The notes under the pieces: generated by a model
Seen by the model: the letters and a program-made list of their open reading frames with translations, nothing else
Told to the model about the DNA's origin: nothing
Database searches by the model: none
Origin: Alphaproteobacteria bacterium
GTDB lineage: Bacteria > Pseudomonadota > Alphaproteobacteria > GCA-2731375
Length of the DNA stretch: 64,000 bases
Assembly: GCA_965225945.1 (NCBI GenBank)
Contig: CBDDBZ010000029.1
Coordinates: forward strand, 32,001 to 96,000
Reading direction: 5' to 3'
Program-made: the position numbers and the translations under genes
Shown here: positions 1 to 10,065 of the stretch, one piece after another
Layout: every line of letters begins with the position of its first letter
Position numbering within the stretch: position 1 is the first letter of the stretch

Positions 1-125
1 TCGCGGATGCGGTGGGTGAGGGCCGATTGCGTCAGCCCGAGCCGGGCCGCGGCGCGGACCACGGTGCCCTCCTCGTCCATGGCGTCGAGCATGGCGAGGT
101 GGCGAACGTCGAGTCGTGGATGCAT
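1..125 (-). CDS. LysR-family transcriptional regulator, N-terminal HTH (runs off the window edge)
   Basis: Manual minus-strand translation from ATG at 125: MHPRLDVRHLAMLDAMDEEGTVVRAAARLGLTQSALTHRIR, a typical LTTR helix-turn-helix; divergent from the DMT gene. Confidence 0.85.
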   Translation of the reverse strand, partial: MHPRLDVRHLAMLDAMDEEGTVVRAAARLGLTQSALTHRIR

Positions 126-200
126 TTATAATATATGCAAGAAATTCATGATAATCGGTAAAATAACAAATTTGATTCAATTGTTCCAGCCCCCTAAATC
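121..200. promoter_or_regulatory. AT-rich divergent promoter region, probable LysR binding site
   Basis: AT-rich stretch between LysR and DMT genes with dyad TGCAT-N9-ATGCA (121-139); LTTRs typically bind such divergent intergenic sites. Confidence 0.45.
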
Positions 201-206
201 TTGGCC

Positions 207-1383
207 ATGAACGCCTTTCGCCGCATCGCCACCGCGCGGCCGATCGCCACCGCCACGGCCTCGATTGCGCTCGCGTCGGTCTGCTTCGCCTTGGTGCCGC
301 TGTTCGCCCGCATTCTGTTGGCCGATGGCGTCTCGGCGGAGGCGATCGGGCTCTATCGCGCCAGCTTCGCCCTCTGCTCCGCCGTCGGCATTGATCATGC
401 TGCCTTTCCTGCCGCGCCGGCGCCACAAGCTCGCCACCGCGCCCGAACCGCGGCCTGATTGCGCTCGCGTCGGTCTGCTTCGCCTTGGTGCTCGCCCGAT
501 CGGCGTCCGGCGGAGGCTCGCCATGGCTGCGGCATTGATCATGGCTGCGATCTGAGCTATCGGCGCCGGCCTATGGGCCTCGGGGGCGATCGAGCGGGCG
601 CCGGTGGCGACGGCGGGGGTGATCTACATGTCCTACCCGCTGTTCACCGTCGTGTTGGCAAAGCTGTGGCTCGGCCAGCCGATGACCGGGCGCGGCGTGA
701 TCGCGGGGCTGCTGGTGGTGGCGGCGGCCGCGGTCGCGCTCTCGCCCGGCGCGGTTCCGGCGGACGCGTTGTTGCCGCTGCTCATGAGCCTGCCGGCGCC
801 GATCTGCTTCGCCGTCATCATCGTCGTGCTGAGCGCCCTGGTGCCGGCCTTGAGCGTGCCCGAGCGGCTGGCTTGCGGGATGTTGGGGGCGGTCATGGGC
901 CTGCTGCCGGTAAAGCTCGCAGGCGACCTCGACCGGGCGGTTCCCTCGAGCGGCGATGGTTGGCTGGCGATCCTCGCGATGGCGGGGCTGACGGCGACGC
1001 TGCCGCAGCTCCTCTATACCTTCGCGGCGCCGCTAGCCGGCGCCGGACGAGCGGCGATGACGGGTTCGGTCGAGCTTCCGACCATGTTCGTGATCGGCTG
1101 GCTCGCCTTCGGCGAGACCCTGGGGAGCGCGCAACTCGTGGCCGGTGCCTTGGTTCTGCTGGCGATCGCGCTGGCGCCTAGCCGGCGCCGTCTCTCGCCG
1201 GCCGCGCGATCGAGGAGCGCGACGATGCTGCCGAGGCCCCTCCGCCCTCGGGCGACAGGGTGCCGCGAACGCCCTGAGCGTCCGGCTCGAAAGTCGCCGA
1301 AGGCGACTTTTCGCTCGGAGACCGAAGTCGGGGCAGCCCGATTAACCGTCGTTCAAGGCCGGGAGGCTCCGGCGATCGGTTGA
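207..1383 (+). pseudogene. DMT/EamA-family transporter, frameshifted and internally scrambled
   Basis: Hydrophobic EamA-like segments in ORFs 201..458 and 604..1383 (YMSYPLFTVVLA, GWLAFGETLG). GATTGCGCTCGCGTCGGTCTGCTTCGCCTTGGTGC is duplicated at ~263 and ~457, breaking the frame. Confidence 0.75.
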
Positions 1384-1526
1384 GCGCGATCGCCTTTCCC
1401 GCGCACCCGCCCACGCACCCGCGACTCCGCGCCCCGCCGTCGCTCGGCGCGGCGATCATGGCGACAACGCAAACAGTTATGATAGGCTCGCCGATACGCT
1501 GTTCGCGCTTTTTCGCAGGGTAGGCC

Positions 1527-2645
1527 ATGGCCGAGGATCCACTTCTGTTCGCGCCGCTCGAGATCCGCGGCCTGACGCTGGCCAATCGTATCGTCGTCGG
1601 GCCGATGGCGACCTATATGGCGGTTGCCGGCATGGTCGGCGACTGGCACTTGGCCCATCTCAGCCGCTTCGCCGGCGGCGGCTCCGCCCTCATCTTCCTC
1701 GAGGCGGCGGCGATCTCGCGCCAGGCCCGCATGATCCAGGGCGCGGTCGGCATCTGGCAGGAAGAGCAAGTGGGCGCGCTCCGCCGGATGACCGAGTTCC
1801 TGCACCAGCAGGGTGTCGCGGCGGGCCTCCAGCTCGCCTACCGCGGCGGCGAAATGCTCAATCACCGGCCCTGGGACGAGATCGATGACGGTGATGATCC
1901 GCTGGTCGCCAACGCCCGCCTTTGGGACATGGACTCGACAGTGGTCGAGGTGCCGGCCGATCCGCTGGCGCACGAGTTCGCCCGCGAGACGCTGGACGAA
2001 CTGCTCGATCTTTTCGAACAGGCGACCCGGCGCGCCGCCGAGGCCGGCTTCGATGTCTTGGAGATCCACGGCGGGCGAGGCTCGATTCTGCATGCCTTCC
2101 TCTCGCCGACGGACAACCGGCGGGGCGACGAGTACGGCGGCACTCTCGAAACGCGGATCGGCTTTCCGCTCGATGTCGTGGGCAGTGTCCGTGCCGCCTG
2201 GCCCGAGGAGCGGCCGCTGTTCTACCGAATGGCGCCAGTCGACAGCTCGCGGGTCGGCTGGCGAATGGCCGACACGGTGACCTTCGCGGACCGGCTTCGC
2301 CGCGCTGGCGTCGACGTGGTCGACCTGGCCTCCGGCGCGACGCCGCTGGCCGATGATACCGGCGTGCTGTCGGACGGCGTTCAAGCCGGCACGGCGCGCG
2401 CGCTTCGTGGCGAGGCCGGGATCCTGGCCATGGTGGGCGGTGGCCTCGAGGGCCATGTCTCGGCCGAGGACGCGCTCTCGGGCGGGGTCGGCGACCTGGT
2501 GGCGCTGGTTCGCGCGACCGTCTGGAATCCCAACTGGCCGTTGCATGCCGCCGACGTACTCGGTATCGACCCCGAGAAAGCCGCCTGGCAGCCGCCTTAC
2601 GGCTGGGCGCTCCGCGCGCCCGCGTCCGAGGCATTGCAAGAGTAA
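1527..2645 (+). CDS. NADH:flavin oxidoreductase / Old Yellow Enzyme family protein (divergent active site)
   Basis: LFAPLEIRGLTLANRIVVGPM N-terminus, AAEAGFDVLEIH, FLSPTDNRRGDEYGGTLE, RATVWNPNWPLHAA (NamA/XenA-like). Confidence 0.85.
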   Translation: MAEDPLLFAPLEIRGLTLANRIVVGPMATYMAVAGMVGDWHLAHLSRFAGGGSALIFLEAAAISRQARMIQGAVGIWQEEQVGALRRMTEFLHQQGVAAGLQLAYRGGEMLNHRPWDEIDDGDDPLVANARLWDMDSTVVEVPADPLAHEFARETLDELLDLFEQATRRAAEAGFDVLEIHGGRGSILHAFLSPTDNRRGDEYGGTLETRIGFPLDVVGSVRAAWPEERPLFYRMAPVDSSRVGWRMADTVTFADRLRRAGVDVVDLASGATPLADDTGVLSDGVQAGTARALRGEAGILAMVGGGLEGHVSAEDALSGGVGDLVALVRATVWNPNWPLHAADVLGIDPEKAAWQPPYGWALRAPASEALQE

Positions 2646-2779
2646 CCGAGGGATGCGCCGTCGGGCGCCGCTTGCCGGTCGAGGCCGGCCGCGACTACAG
2701 TCCGATGTTATGCGCGCCCCGGCCTGGGAGGACGAGCTACGTGGTGTCAACGGCTAGCTGGGCGCGCGCCGCCGCGCCC

Positions 2780-2836
2780 GTCGATACCTCGCCGTCGCTC
2801 TCCGACGAGGTCAATTACACGACCTGCTACATGTGC
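2780..2836 (+). pseudogene. Remnant of a molybdopterin oxidoreductase N-terminus (SoeA-like)
   Basis: Encodes VDTSPSLSDEVNYTTCYMC, resembling the start of the Fe4S4 motif of sulfite dehydrogenase SoeA-like proteins (TTCYMCACRCG), then diverges abruptly. Confidence 0.5.
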
Positions 2837-2950
2837 CCGCCGGCGGCGCGACCAGCATCTGGCGGCCGCATGCGGTGGGTGGGGGCGGGGGCTTTCGGAG
2901 CAGCCATGCCATCGTATCGTGCTCTAACTGGCTAACATTGGGGTAATTTA

Positions 2951-3709
2951 ATGTTCACCAGCAATCCCTTCGCCGAGCTTTCGGCGTTCATACCACCCAC
3001 CGTCATGCAGACGTACATCGTCGTCATGATACTCATGGTTGCGGGTGGCACGCTGTTCGACATGATTCACAAGAAGAGCGCCACGTATTTCTTCCGCGCG
3101 TGGCGGAATTCGAAGGGAAAAGCGACGCGGCAGCTCGGCGGCGGCGAGATGACGTCCTTGGCAATCCGGACCGCCGTGGTGGAGGTCCTGACGTCCGGCG
3201 AGTTCTGCAAGGTGAGGCGCAGGATCGCGCACCTCCTGACGTTTTACGGCTTCCTGGCGTACATCATCACAACCGTCATCATGGTGTTCTCGTACCCAAC
3301 TCCCGACACGCCCGCGCCCGCCATCCTGCCGGCGCTGTGGAACATCGGGGCCCTGATGATCCTCGTCGGCGGCTACTGGTTCTGGTTCTTCCTCAGGGTC
3401 GACGTCGCCTACGAGGGCCATTCACCGTTCCGCCTGGTGCGCGCCGACCTGTTCGTCGTCTCGCTTCTGGTGAGCGTGACGCTGGGCCTGGTATGGGAGT
3501 TCGTGCAGGCGACGGGCAACACGGTGGGGACAAACCTGTTCCTGGCTCTGTACCTCCTCTCCACGACGGTGCTCTTCGTGTCGGTTCCGTGGTCCAAGTT
3601 CTCTCATATGTTCTACAAGCCCGCGGCGGCCTTCCAGAAAAGGGTGGAGGAGGCGAACGGTTCGAGCGACCTGCCGGCCCCCGCCGAAAGCCCCAGAGGA
3701 GAAATGTAA
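2951..3709 (+). CDS. aprM: Adenylylsulfate reductase membrane anchor AprM
   Basis: 252-aa multi-TM protein (MFTSNPFAELS, RRIAHLLTFYGF, VPWSKFSHMFYKPAAAFQKRV) directly upstream of aprBA. Confidence 0.88.
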   Translation: MFTSNPFAELSAFIPPTVMQTYIVVMILMVAGGTLFDMIHKKSATYFFRAWRNSKGKATRQLGGGEMTSLAIRTAVVEVLTSGEFCKVRRRIAHLLTFYGFLAYIITTVIMVFSYPTPDTPAPAILPALWNIGALMILVGGYWFWFFLRVDVAYEGHSPFRLVRADLFVVSLLVSVTLGLVWEFVQATGNTVGTNLFLALYLLSTTVLFVSVPWSKFSHMFYKPAAAFQKRVEEANGSSDLPAPAESPRGEM

Positions 3710-3713
3710 TCTC

Positions 3714-4160
3714 ATGCCTACTTTCGTTTATATGTCGCGTTGCGACGGCTGCGGAGAGTGCGTGGATATCTGCCCGTCCGACATCATGCACATCGACCCC
3801 GTCTACCGACGTGCCTACAACATCGAGCCCAATATGTGCTGGGAGTGCTACTCGTGCGTGAAGGCCTGTCCGCAGCATGCGATAGACGTGCGCGGCTACG
3901 CCGACTTCGCCCCCCTGGGCCACAGCGTCCGGGTGCGCAGGGAGGAGGAGAAGAGAACCATCTCCTGGAAGATCAAGTTCCGGGACGGGCGCGAGAAGAA
4001 CTTCGTTTCCCCGATCAGGACCACGCCCTGGGGTTCGATCAAGTCACCGTCCGATTTCGAGGCGCCCAGCCCGGATGCCCTGAAGACCCAGGAACTCGCG
4101 CACGAACCCGAGGCACTCCACATCGAGGCGCTGCCCGCGCTGCCTCCCAGGGAAGACTAG
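3714..4160 (+). CDS. aprB: Adenylylsulfate reductase beta subunit (2x[4Fe-4S])
   Basis: MPTFVYMSRCDGCGECVDICPSDIMHID and CWECYSCVKACP ferredoxin motifs typical of AprB. Confidence 0.96.
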   Translation: MPTFVYMSRCDGCGECVDICPSDIMHIDPVYRRAYNIEPNMCWECYSCVKACPQHAIDVRGYADFAPLGHSVRVRREEEKRTISWKIKFRDGREKNFVSPIRTTPWGSIKSPSDFEAPSPDALKTQELAHEPEALHIEALPALPPRED

Positions 4161-4174
4161 GAAAGATTGCAGGT

Positions 4175-6019
4175 ATGGGTCTGTTCACATCCAGAAAAAC
4201 GGTGTTCGTGGATTCGGATATCCTCGTCATCGGCGGTGGCTTTGGCGGCTGCGGGGCCGCGTATGAATCCAGGTACTGGGGGCGCAACCTAAAGGTTGTC
4301 GTCGTCGAGAAGGCGAACATCGAGCGCAGCGGCGCCGTCGCTCAGGGCCTGTATGCGATCAACTGCTACATGGGCATGCAGTGGGACGAGAACCAGCCCG
4401 AGGACCATGTCCGCTACGCCCGGAACGACCTCATGGGTCTCGTGCGGGAGGATCTGGGCTACGACATCGCGCGCCATGTCGACTCCACGGTGCACATGTT
4501 CGAGGAGTGGGGCCTTCCCATTATGAAGGACGAGAAAACCGGAAGGTACCTGCGCGAGGGCAAATGGCAGATCATGATCCACGGCGAGAGCTACAAGCCG
4601 ATCATCGCCGAGGCCGCCCGCAAGGCCGCCACCGAGGTCTACAACCGGATCATGGTGACCCACCTGCTGATGGATGAGACGCGGCCCAACAGGGTCGCCG
4701 GGGCCGTCGGCTTCAGCGTCCGTGACGGGAATTTTTACGTATTCCGGGCCAAGGCGGTCATCGTCTCCGCCGGCGGCGCGTCGCACATCTTCAAGCCCCA
4801 CTCGGTCGGCGAGGGCATGGGGCGGACCTGGTACGCCCCGTGGAGCAGCGCCTCCGCCTACGCGCTGCCGATCCAAGTCGGCGCCAAGATGACGCAGATG
4901 GAGAACCGGATCGTCCTCACCAGATTCAAGGACGGCTATGGTCCGGTCGGCGCCTACTTCCTGCATCTCAAGACTTACACCGAAAACGCGTATGGGGATA
5001 ATTACGAGGCCACCTGGTACGACTCGATCAAGGAAATGGTCGGGGATTACGTCGATAAGGAGCCGGTGCCGACCTGCTTGCGGAACCACGCCTTTCTGGA
5101 GGAGATCAAGGCCGGCAGAGGCCCCATCCGCATGGTGACGAAGGAGGCCTTCGCCGATCCGCACAAAGAGACGGTCGGCTGGGAGAACTTCCTCGGCATG
5201 ACGATCGGGCAGGCGGTCGTGTGGGCGTCGCAGAACATCGATCCCAAGGAAACCAACCCCGAGCTGATCATGTCCGAGCCTTACGTCATGGGCTCCCACG
5301 CCACGTGTTCAGGCGCCTGGGCGAGCGGTCCGGAGGACTACGCGCCCTCGGACTACCAGTGGGGATACAACCGGATGATGACCGTCGAGGGACTCTTCGG
5401 CGCCGGCGACGCCATCGGCGGCAGCGCCCACAAGTTCTCGTCGGGATCCTTCACGGAAGGCCGGATCGCCGGCAAGGCGGCGGTCAGGTACGTCGAGGAC
5501 CTGGGTAGCGACCAGCCTCGGCTCGATGAGACAGAGTACGAAGCTCTCAAGGTGATGGTTTACCAGCCCATGGAGAACTACGAGGTCGGCCGCAACGAGA
5601 TCGTCGCCGGGACCGTTTCGCCGAGCTATCTCTTGCCGCTTCATGGTCTTCAGCGGCTCGAGAAGATCATGGACGAATACGTCGGCGGCACCAGCACCAA
5701 CTACTTGACCAACGAACCGATGCTCACCCGCGGGCTGGAGTTGCTGGGCATGTTGAAGGAAGACCTCGACCATATCGGGGCCGACAGCCTGCACGAGCTC
5801 ATGAGGGCGTGGGAGCTTCAGCACCGGGTCTTGGCCTCGGAGTGTGTGACGCAGCACACGTTGTTCAGGGAGGAAACGCGGTGGCCGGGGTATTATTATC
5901 GGGCCGATCATCCGAGGCTGGATGACACCGATTGGCATTGCTTCACCTTATCTCGCTACCATCCGCAATCCGGGGAATGGGCAATGGAGAAGGCCCCCGT
6001 ACACCACATTATCGACTAA
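4175..6019 (+). CDS. aprA: Adenylylsulfate reductase alpha subunit (FAD)
   Basis: [57 protein letters not shown]. Start set at ATG 4175 just after the aprB stop (614 aa). Confidence 0.96.
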   Translation: MGLFTSRKTVFVDSDILVIGGGFGGCGAAYESRYWGRNLKVVVVEKANIERSGAVAQGLYAINCYMGMQWDENQPEDHVRYARNDLMGLVREDLGYDIARHVDSTVHMFEEWGLPIMKDEKTGRYLREGKWQIMIHGESYKPIIAEAARKAATEVYNRIMVTHLLMDETRPNRVAGAVGFSVRDGNFYVFRAKAVIVSAGGASHIFKPHSVGEGMGRTWYAPWSSASAYALPIQVGAKMTQMENRIVLTRFKDGYGPVGAYFLHLKTYTENAYGDNYEATWYDSIKEMVGDYVDKEPVPTCLRNHAFLEEIKAGRGPIRMVTKEAFADPHKETVGWENFLGMTIGQAVVWASQNIDPKETNPELIMSEPYVMGSHATCSGAWASGPEDYAPSDYQWGYNRMMTVEGLFGAGDAIGGSAHKFSSGSFTEGRIAGKAAVRYVEDLGSDQPRLDETEYEALKVMVYQPMENYEVGRNEIVAGTVSPSYLLPLHGLQRLEKIMDEYVGGTSTNYLTNEPMLTRGLELLGMLKEDLDHIGADSLHELMRAWELQHRVLASECVTQHTLFREETRWPGYYYRADHPRLDDTDWHCFTLSRYHPQSGEWAMEKAPVHHIID

Positions 6020-6144
6020 ACGGAGTCCCTCATCTCGCCCTGCCCGCTCGGTGCTCGTCGGCGCGGGCCGCCCGGGTGGCCGCCGCGAGGCCCGATGTCG
6101 TGGCCTTCGAGAAGCGCCAGCCTTTGGAGAGAGGCGACAAGTCG

Positions 6145-7308
6145 ATGCTCGCACCGCCACACGGAAACGGCCGGCTCAATCCGCTGCTCGCGCCCGAGGC
6201 CGAGCGCGCGGGCGCATGCAAGCGCGCCGAGCGGTTGCGGAAAGTGCCGCTGTCGAGCCGCGAGGTCTCGGACCTGCTGATGCTGGCGATGGGAGCCTAT
6301 ACGCCGCTCACCGGATTCATGGGCGAGGCGGACTGGCGCGGCTGTTGTCTCGACATGAAGACCGCGGACGGCCTGTTCTGGCCGATCCCGATCACGCTTT
6401 CGTGCGAGAGCGACCTCGCCGGCGGCATCGGCCTCGGCGAGGAGGTGGCCCTGGTCGATGGGGCCGGCGCGATCTTCGGGGCCCTCGAGGTGGTGGAGAA
6501 ATACGCGATAGACCGGGCGTTCGAATGCTCCCACGTCTACCGCACCACCGACGCAGCGCACCCCGGGGTCGAGAAGGTGATGCGGCAGGGCGCGGTCAAC
6601 CTGGCCGGGCCGGTGACCGCGCTGAACGAGGGCCACTACCCGCAAACCTACCCCGGCCTCTATTATCGCCCGGCCGACACCCGGGCGCTGTTCCGGGACC
6701 TGGGCTGGACCACCGTCGCCGCCTTCCAGACCCGCAATCCCATGCACCGCAGCCACGAATACCTGGCCAAGATCGCCGTCGAGATTTGCGACGGGCTGCT
6801 GATCCATCAGGTCCTCGGCGCGCTCAAGGCGAGCGACATCCCGGCCGAGGTCCGGGTCGCGGCGATCGATGCCCTGGTCGCGAACTATTTCGTGCCCGGC
6901 ACCGTGATACAGGGCGGATACCCGATCGAAATGCGTTACGCCGGCCCGCGCGAGGCCCTGCTGCACGCGGTATTCCGGCAGAACTTCGGCTGCTCGCATC
7001 TGGTGATCGGGCGCGACCACGCCGGGCTCGGCGACTACTACGGACCGCTCGACGCCCATCACATCTTCGATCAAATCGAGGCGGGCAGCATTGCAATCCA
7101 GCCGCTGAAGATCGACATCACGTTTCACTGCTACAAGTGCGACGGCATGGCGACGGGCCGCACCTGTCCGCACGGCGAGGAGGACCGGCTCGCCATCTCG
7201 GGCACCCGGCTGCGCGAGATGTTCGCCAACGGGGAGCCGATACCCAAGGAGTTCAGCCGGCCCGAAGTGCTCGATGTGCTGCGGGCGTACTACGACGATG
7301 TGAAGTGA
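6145..7308 (+). CDS. sat: Sulfate adenylyltransferase (ATP sulfurylase)
   Basis: LAPPHG N-terminus, [47 protein letters not shown] motifs. Confidence 0.95.
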   Translation: MLAPPHGNGRLNPLLAPEAERAGACKRAERLRKVPLSSREVSDLLMLAMGAYTPLTGFMGEADWRGCCLDMKTADGLFWPIPITLSCESDLAGGIGLGEEVALVDGAGAIFGALEVVEKYAIDRAFECSHVYRTTDAAHPGVEKVMRQGAVNLAGPVTALNEGHYPQTYPGLYYRPADTRALFRDLGWTTVAAFQTRNPMHRSHEYLAKIAVEICDGLLIHQVLGALKASDIPAEVRVAAIDALVANYFVPGTVIQGGYPIEMRYAGPREALLHAVFRQNFGCSHLVIGRDHAGLGDYYGPLDAHHIFDQIEAGSIAIQPLKIDITFHCYKCDGMATGRTCPHGEEDRLAISGTRLREMFANGEPIPKEFSRPEVLDVLRAYYDDVK

Positions 7309-7694
7309 AATCGTCGTGCTGAAAGCACAGGCGGATCGCCCCGGTCCGCGATGGCCGCGCGGCGTGAATAACTGGCTTGCCCACGCCAGACTCGGGGCGC
7401 TCGCTTCGACCAGCCAGTTAGCCACAACTCCTACACCAGGTCCTGGAACGTGAGCGAGCATCACGGCCAACTCCCGATTTAGGCTGAACGGTTGCTCCCC
7501 GGCTCCGGCCCTCCGAATCGGTCTGGTCGTGGTCTCCAAGGCGTTATTCTCCCTCCGGCGCCACCGGCCACGAGATCTCGGGGGCGGTCGCGGACCCGAA
7601 GATCGCGACCTGCCCCCGTTCGTCTTTTTCGCTTATGGAGTGTGTCGAGGGAGCTCTCCGGCGGCGAAATGAGCATTAATGAGGCATTCATTTT

Positions 7695-8718
7695 GGCTCA
7701 ATTCGTGAATTGTATGCGTCACCTTGTTACGGCGGCGGCGAGGCAGGCTCGGTCATTGGCGCCGGGGGCGAGGCCGACGAGGTGGAACCAGCTCAGGTAG
7801 TTGTCCAGATAGCGGGTGGCGATGCCGCGGCGGGGACGCAGGAAGTCCTTCAACCGGCTGTGGCGGCTGTTCACCGTCTGCACATGCAGATCGCCCCGAA
7901 CCCGTTCCCCCATCGAGCGGTTGAGTGCTTCGTGGCTCACCCCGAGCGCGGCGGCGCACGGTGGGCAGCTCGCGCCGCCGTCGGAGACCAGCAGGGCGTC
8001 CTTCGCGACCACCGGGTCGAGGGCAGCCGTGAGCGCCGCCGCATCGACCCTGGGCAGCACCGCGCTGACCGTCGTTCCGCTCCGGTCCGCCGCCATGAGA
8101 ACCGGTACCTGCTCGCGCGAGAGGCCGCGCTGCTTCGGCTTGCCGCCCCGCCGCCGTGCCTTGCGCCCCAGCCCGCGCGCGCCCTTCCGGCTCTCCAGGA
8201 CGTAGGTCTCGTCCGCTTCCACGATCCCCTTGAGCACCTCCGAATCGCTTCGCGCCGCCGCCAGAAACCGGTGACGCCAGCGGAACGCCGTGCTCACCGC
8301 CACGTCGCAGCGCGCCGCCGCGCCTTCACCGTCTCCCCCTTCGCCAGCGACGCCCCGAACGACAGCCAGCGTTCCTTGTGGTGCAAGCCCGACAGCGGCG
8401 TACCGCTCAGCGCGTTGAAGGTCCTGCCGCAGCCCTTGCACTGGTAGCGCCGCAGACCCCGCGCCATACCGCGCGAAACCGCCCCTTCGCTCGCGCAGTG
8501 CGGACAGCGCCGGGCCTCGTCCACACCAAGCTCGATCGCGGCCTTCGATGCCTCGCCCTCGCTCCGGCCCGACAGCACCGCGAGCGCCTCGCGCCGCTGC
8601 GCGCGCGTCAGCCCGCGCGCCGCCGAAAGCCACACCTGGAAACCCTTGCCGTCCATAACCCAACCTCCTGACGTTCCAGGCACTCTATCACTAATGCATA
8701 CAATTCACGAATTGAGCC
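7695..8718 (-). mobile_element. IS1595-family insertion sequence (1024 bp)
   Basis: Terminal IRs GGCTCAATTCGTGAATTGTATGC / GCATACAATTCACGAATTGAGCC; 8-bp direct repeat TTCATTTT at 7687-7694 and 8719-8726. Confidence 0.92.
7719..8656 (-). pseudogene. IS1595-family transposase, frameshifted near 8300-8330
   Basis: Zn finger (CPHC...YQCKGC) and the ISXO2-like DDE part (VEADETY, LVSDG, HVQTVNSRHSRLK) lie in different frames. Confidence 0.85.
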
Positions 8719-9005
8719 TTCATTTTCGCTCGAAAATGAATGGTTTTGCTTGGCTCGGGGCATAAATGGCGTTCTCGGCGGAGGGTTTCCCGCGCCGCCG
8801 GGAGGGCCGGTCTCGTCGTCATTTAGGGCCAGGCATGTTTGGGGTCACATGTTTGGAGTCAGGTCTTGCATCTTGCATTGGCCTGTCGTGGGTAGCGCGG
8901 CGATCCGCGGCGGCCTCCGCGAGGCGGCGCGGAGTTCGGAAGTTCCGCCGACGGGCCGCCGGATCGTGGCGAGGAGTTCCGCGGCGGCCTCCGTCGGGAG
9001 AAAAG

Positions 9006-10065
9006 GGGTCATTCTGCTTTTGTTCCGCTCCAGCGAATAAAGTAGAACCTGACTACGCATCAACCTCAGCTAATTTGAGGAGCCGATATGGCATGGGGGG
9101 CGTGCGCAGGGCGTCGCGTCCGAGGGCCTCGATCATGTCGGCGAGCCGGTAGCGGCGGTTATATCGGTATTGGAACGCCGCCAGGTAGCGCGGAACGTGT
9201 TTGGGCCGGATCGCATGGTAGGTGCCACGCAGGGTGTTCTTGAGATTGCCGAGGGTGGTGTTGACCCATTTGAAGGCCGGCACGGCGACGGCCCCTGGTC
9301 CGGAGCCGGTGGGTATCGGATGGTGGGCGCAGCCTTGCGCGGTGACCGCGGTGAAGCAGTTGAGCCCGTCGCTGAAGACGCTCGTCCCGGGGCTCAGGTC
9401 GCGCTTGGCCATCTTGGCGATTTCGGCCTTGCGGAAGCCCTTGACGCGGCGCAGCTTGATGCGCACGGGCTGGCCCTCCGCCGTGGCTCGGCGGCGATAA
9501 ATGGCGTCTTGCCCGGCGCGCCCCGGCCGCGCTTGGCCCCGGAACGCCGGCCGCCGAGGTAGGCGTCGTCCATCTCCACCCGCCCGGTGAGCGGCAATTT
9601 GGCGTCGCGCGAGCATGGGCATCAGTTTCTGCTTGATCTTCCAGGCCGTGGTCTGGGTGAGCCGAGCCGTCGGCCGATTGTTCGATGGAGGAGATCCCCT
9701 TCTTCGATTGGGTCATGTGATAGATCGCCGAAAACCACAGGGTCAGCGCCAGCTTGGTCGCGTGGAAGAGCGTGCCGGCGGTCAGCGAGACTTGATGACG
9801 GCAGGCGGCGCATTGGTAGAGTTTTCGCCCGGCGATCTCGCAATGGCGCGTGGCACCGCATCGGGGGCAGGAGAAGCCCTCCGGCCAACGCCAGCGGAAC
9901 GGCCTCGCGGCCTGCTCCTCGGTGCCGTACATTTCACGGAAACGCGGCTCGCTGAGTCACCTTGTTGCGTGCATTGTGAACCTCCAGAAAAACCACCAAA
10001 TATTCACGATTTGTACCACATCAATCCGGCTGAGTAAGGTGCGTAATCAGGAAGTAGAATGACCC
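9006..10065. repeat. REP-like palindrome split by an IS1595 insertion
   Basis: Removing the IS restores GGGTCATTCTGCTTT-loop-AAAGTAGAATGACCC (15-bp arms, one mismatch / G-U pair). Confidence 0.65.
9048..10051 (-). mobile_element. Second IS1595-family element (1004 bp) with multiply frameshifted transposase
   Basis: Imperfect IRs CCTGACTACGCATCAACCTCAGC / GCTGAGTAAGGTGCGTAATCAGG; 8-bp DR AAGTAGAA (9040-9047, 10052-10059). Fragments RWPEGFSCPRC, VEMDDAYLGG, VFSDGL, WVNTTLGNLK are spread over several frames. Confidence 0.9.

Noticed and set aside
3740-4174. 145-aa N-terminal extension of AprA in the ORF track
   Set aside because: It overlaps aprB in another frame; AprA similarity starts at ATG 4175.
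7362-7456. Inverted repeat TAACTGGCT/AGCCAGTTA and a possible IS256-like terminal remnant after sat
   Set aside because: Too short, with no partner end or transposase; cannot be supported.
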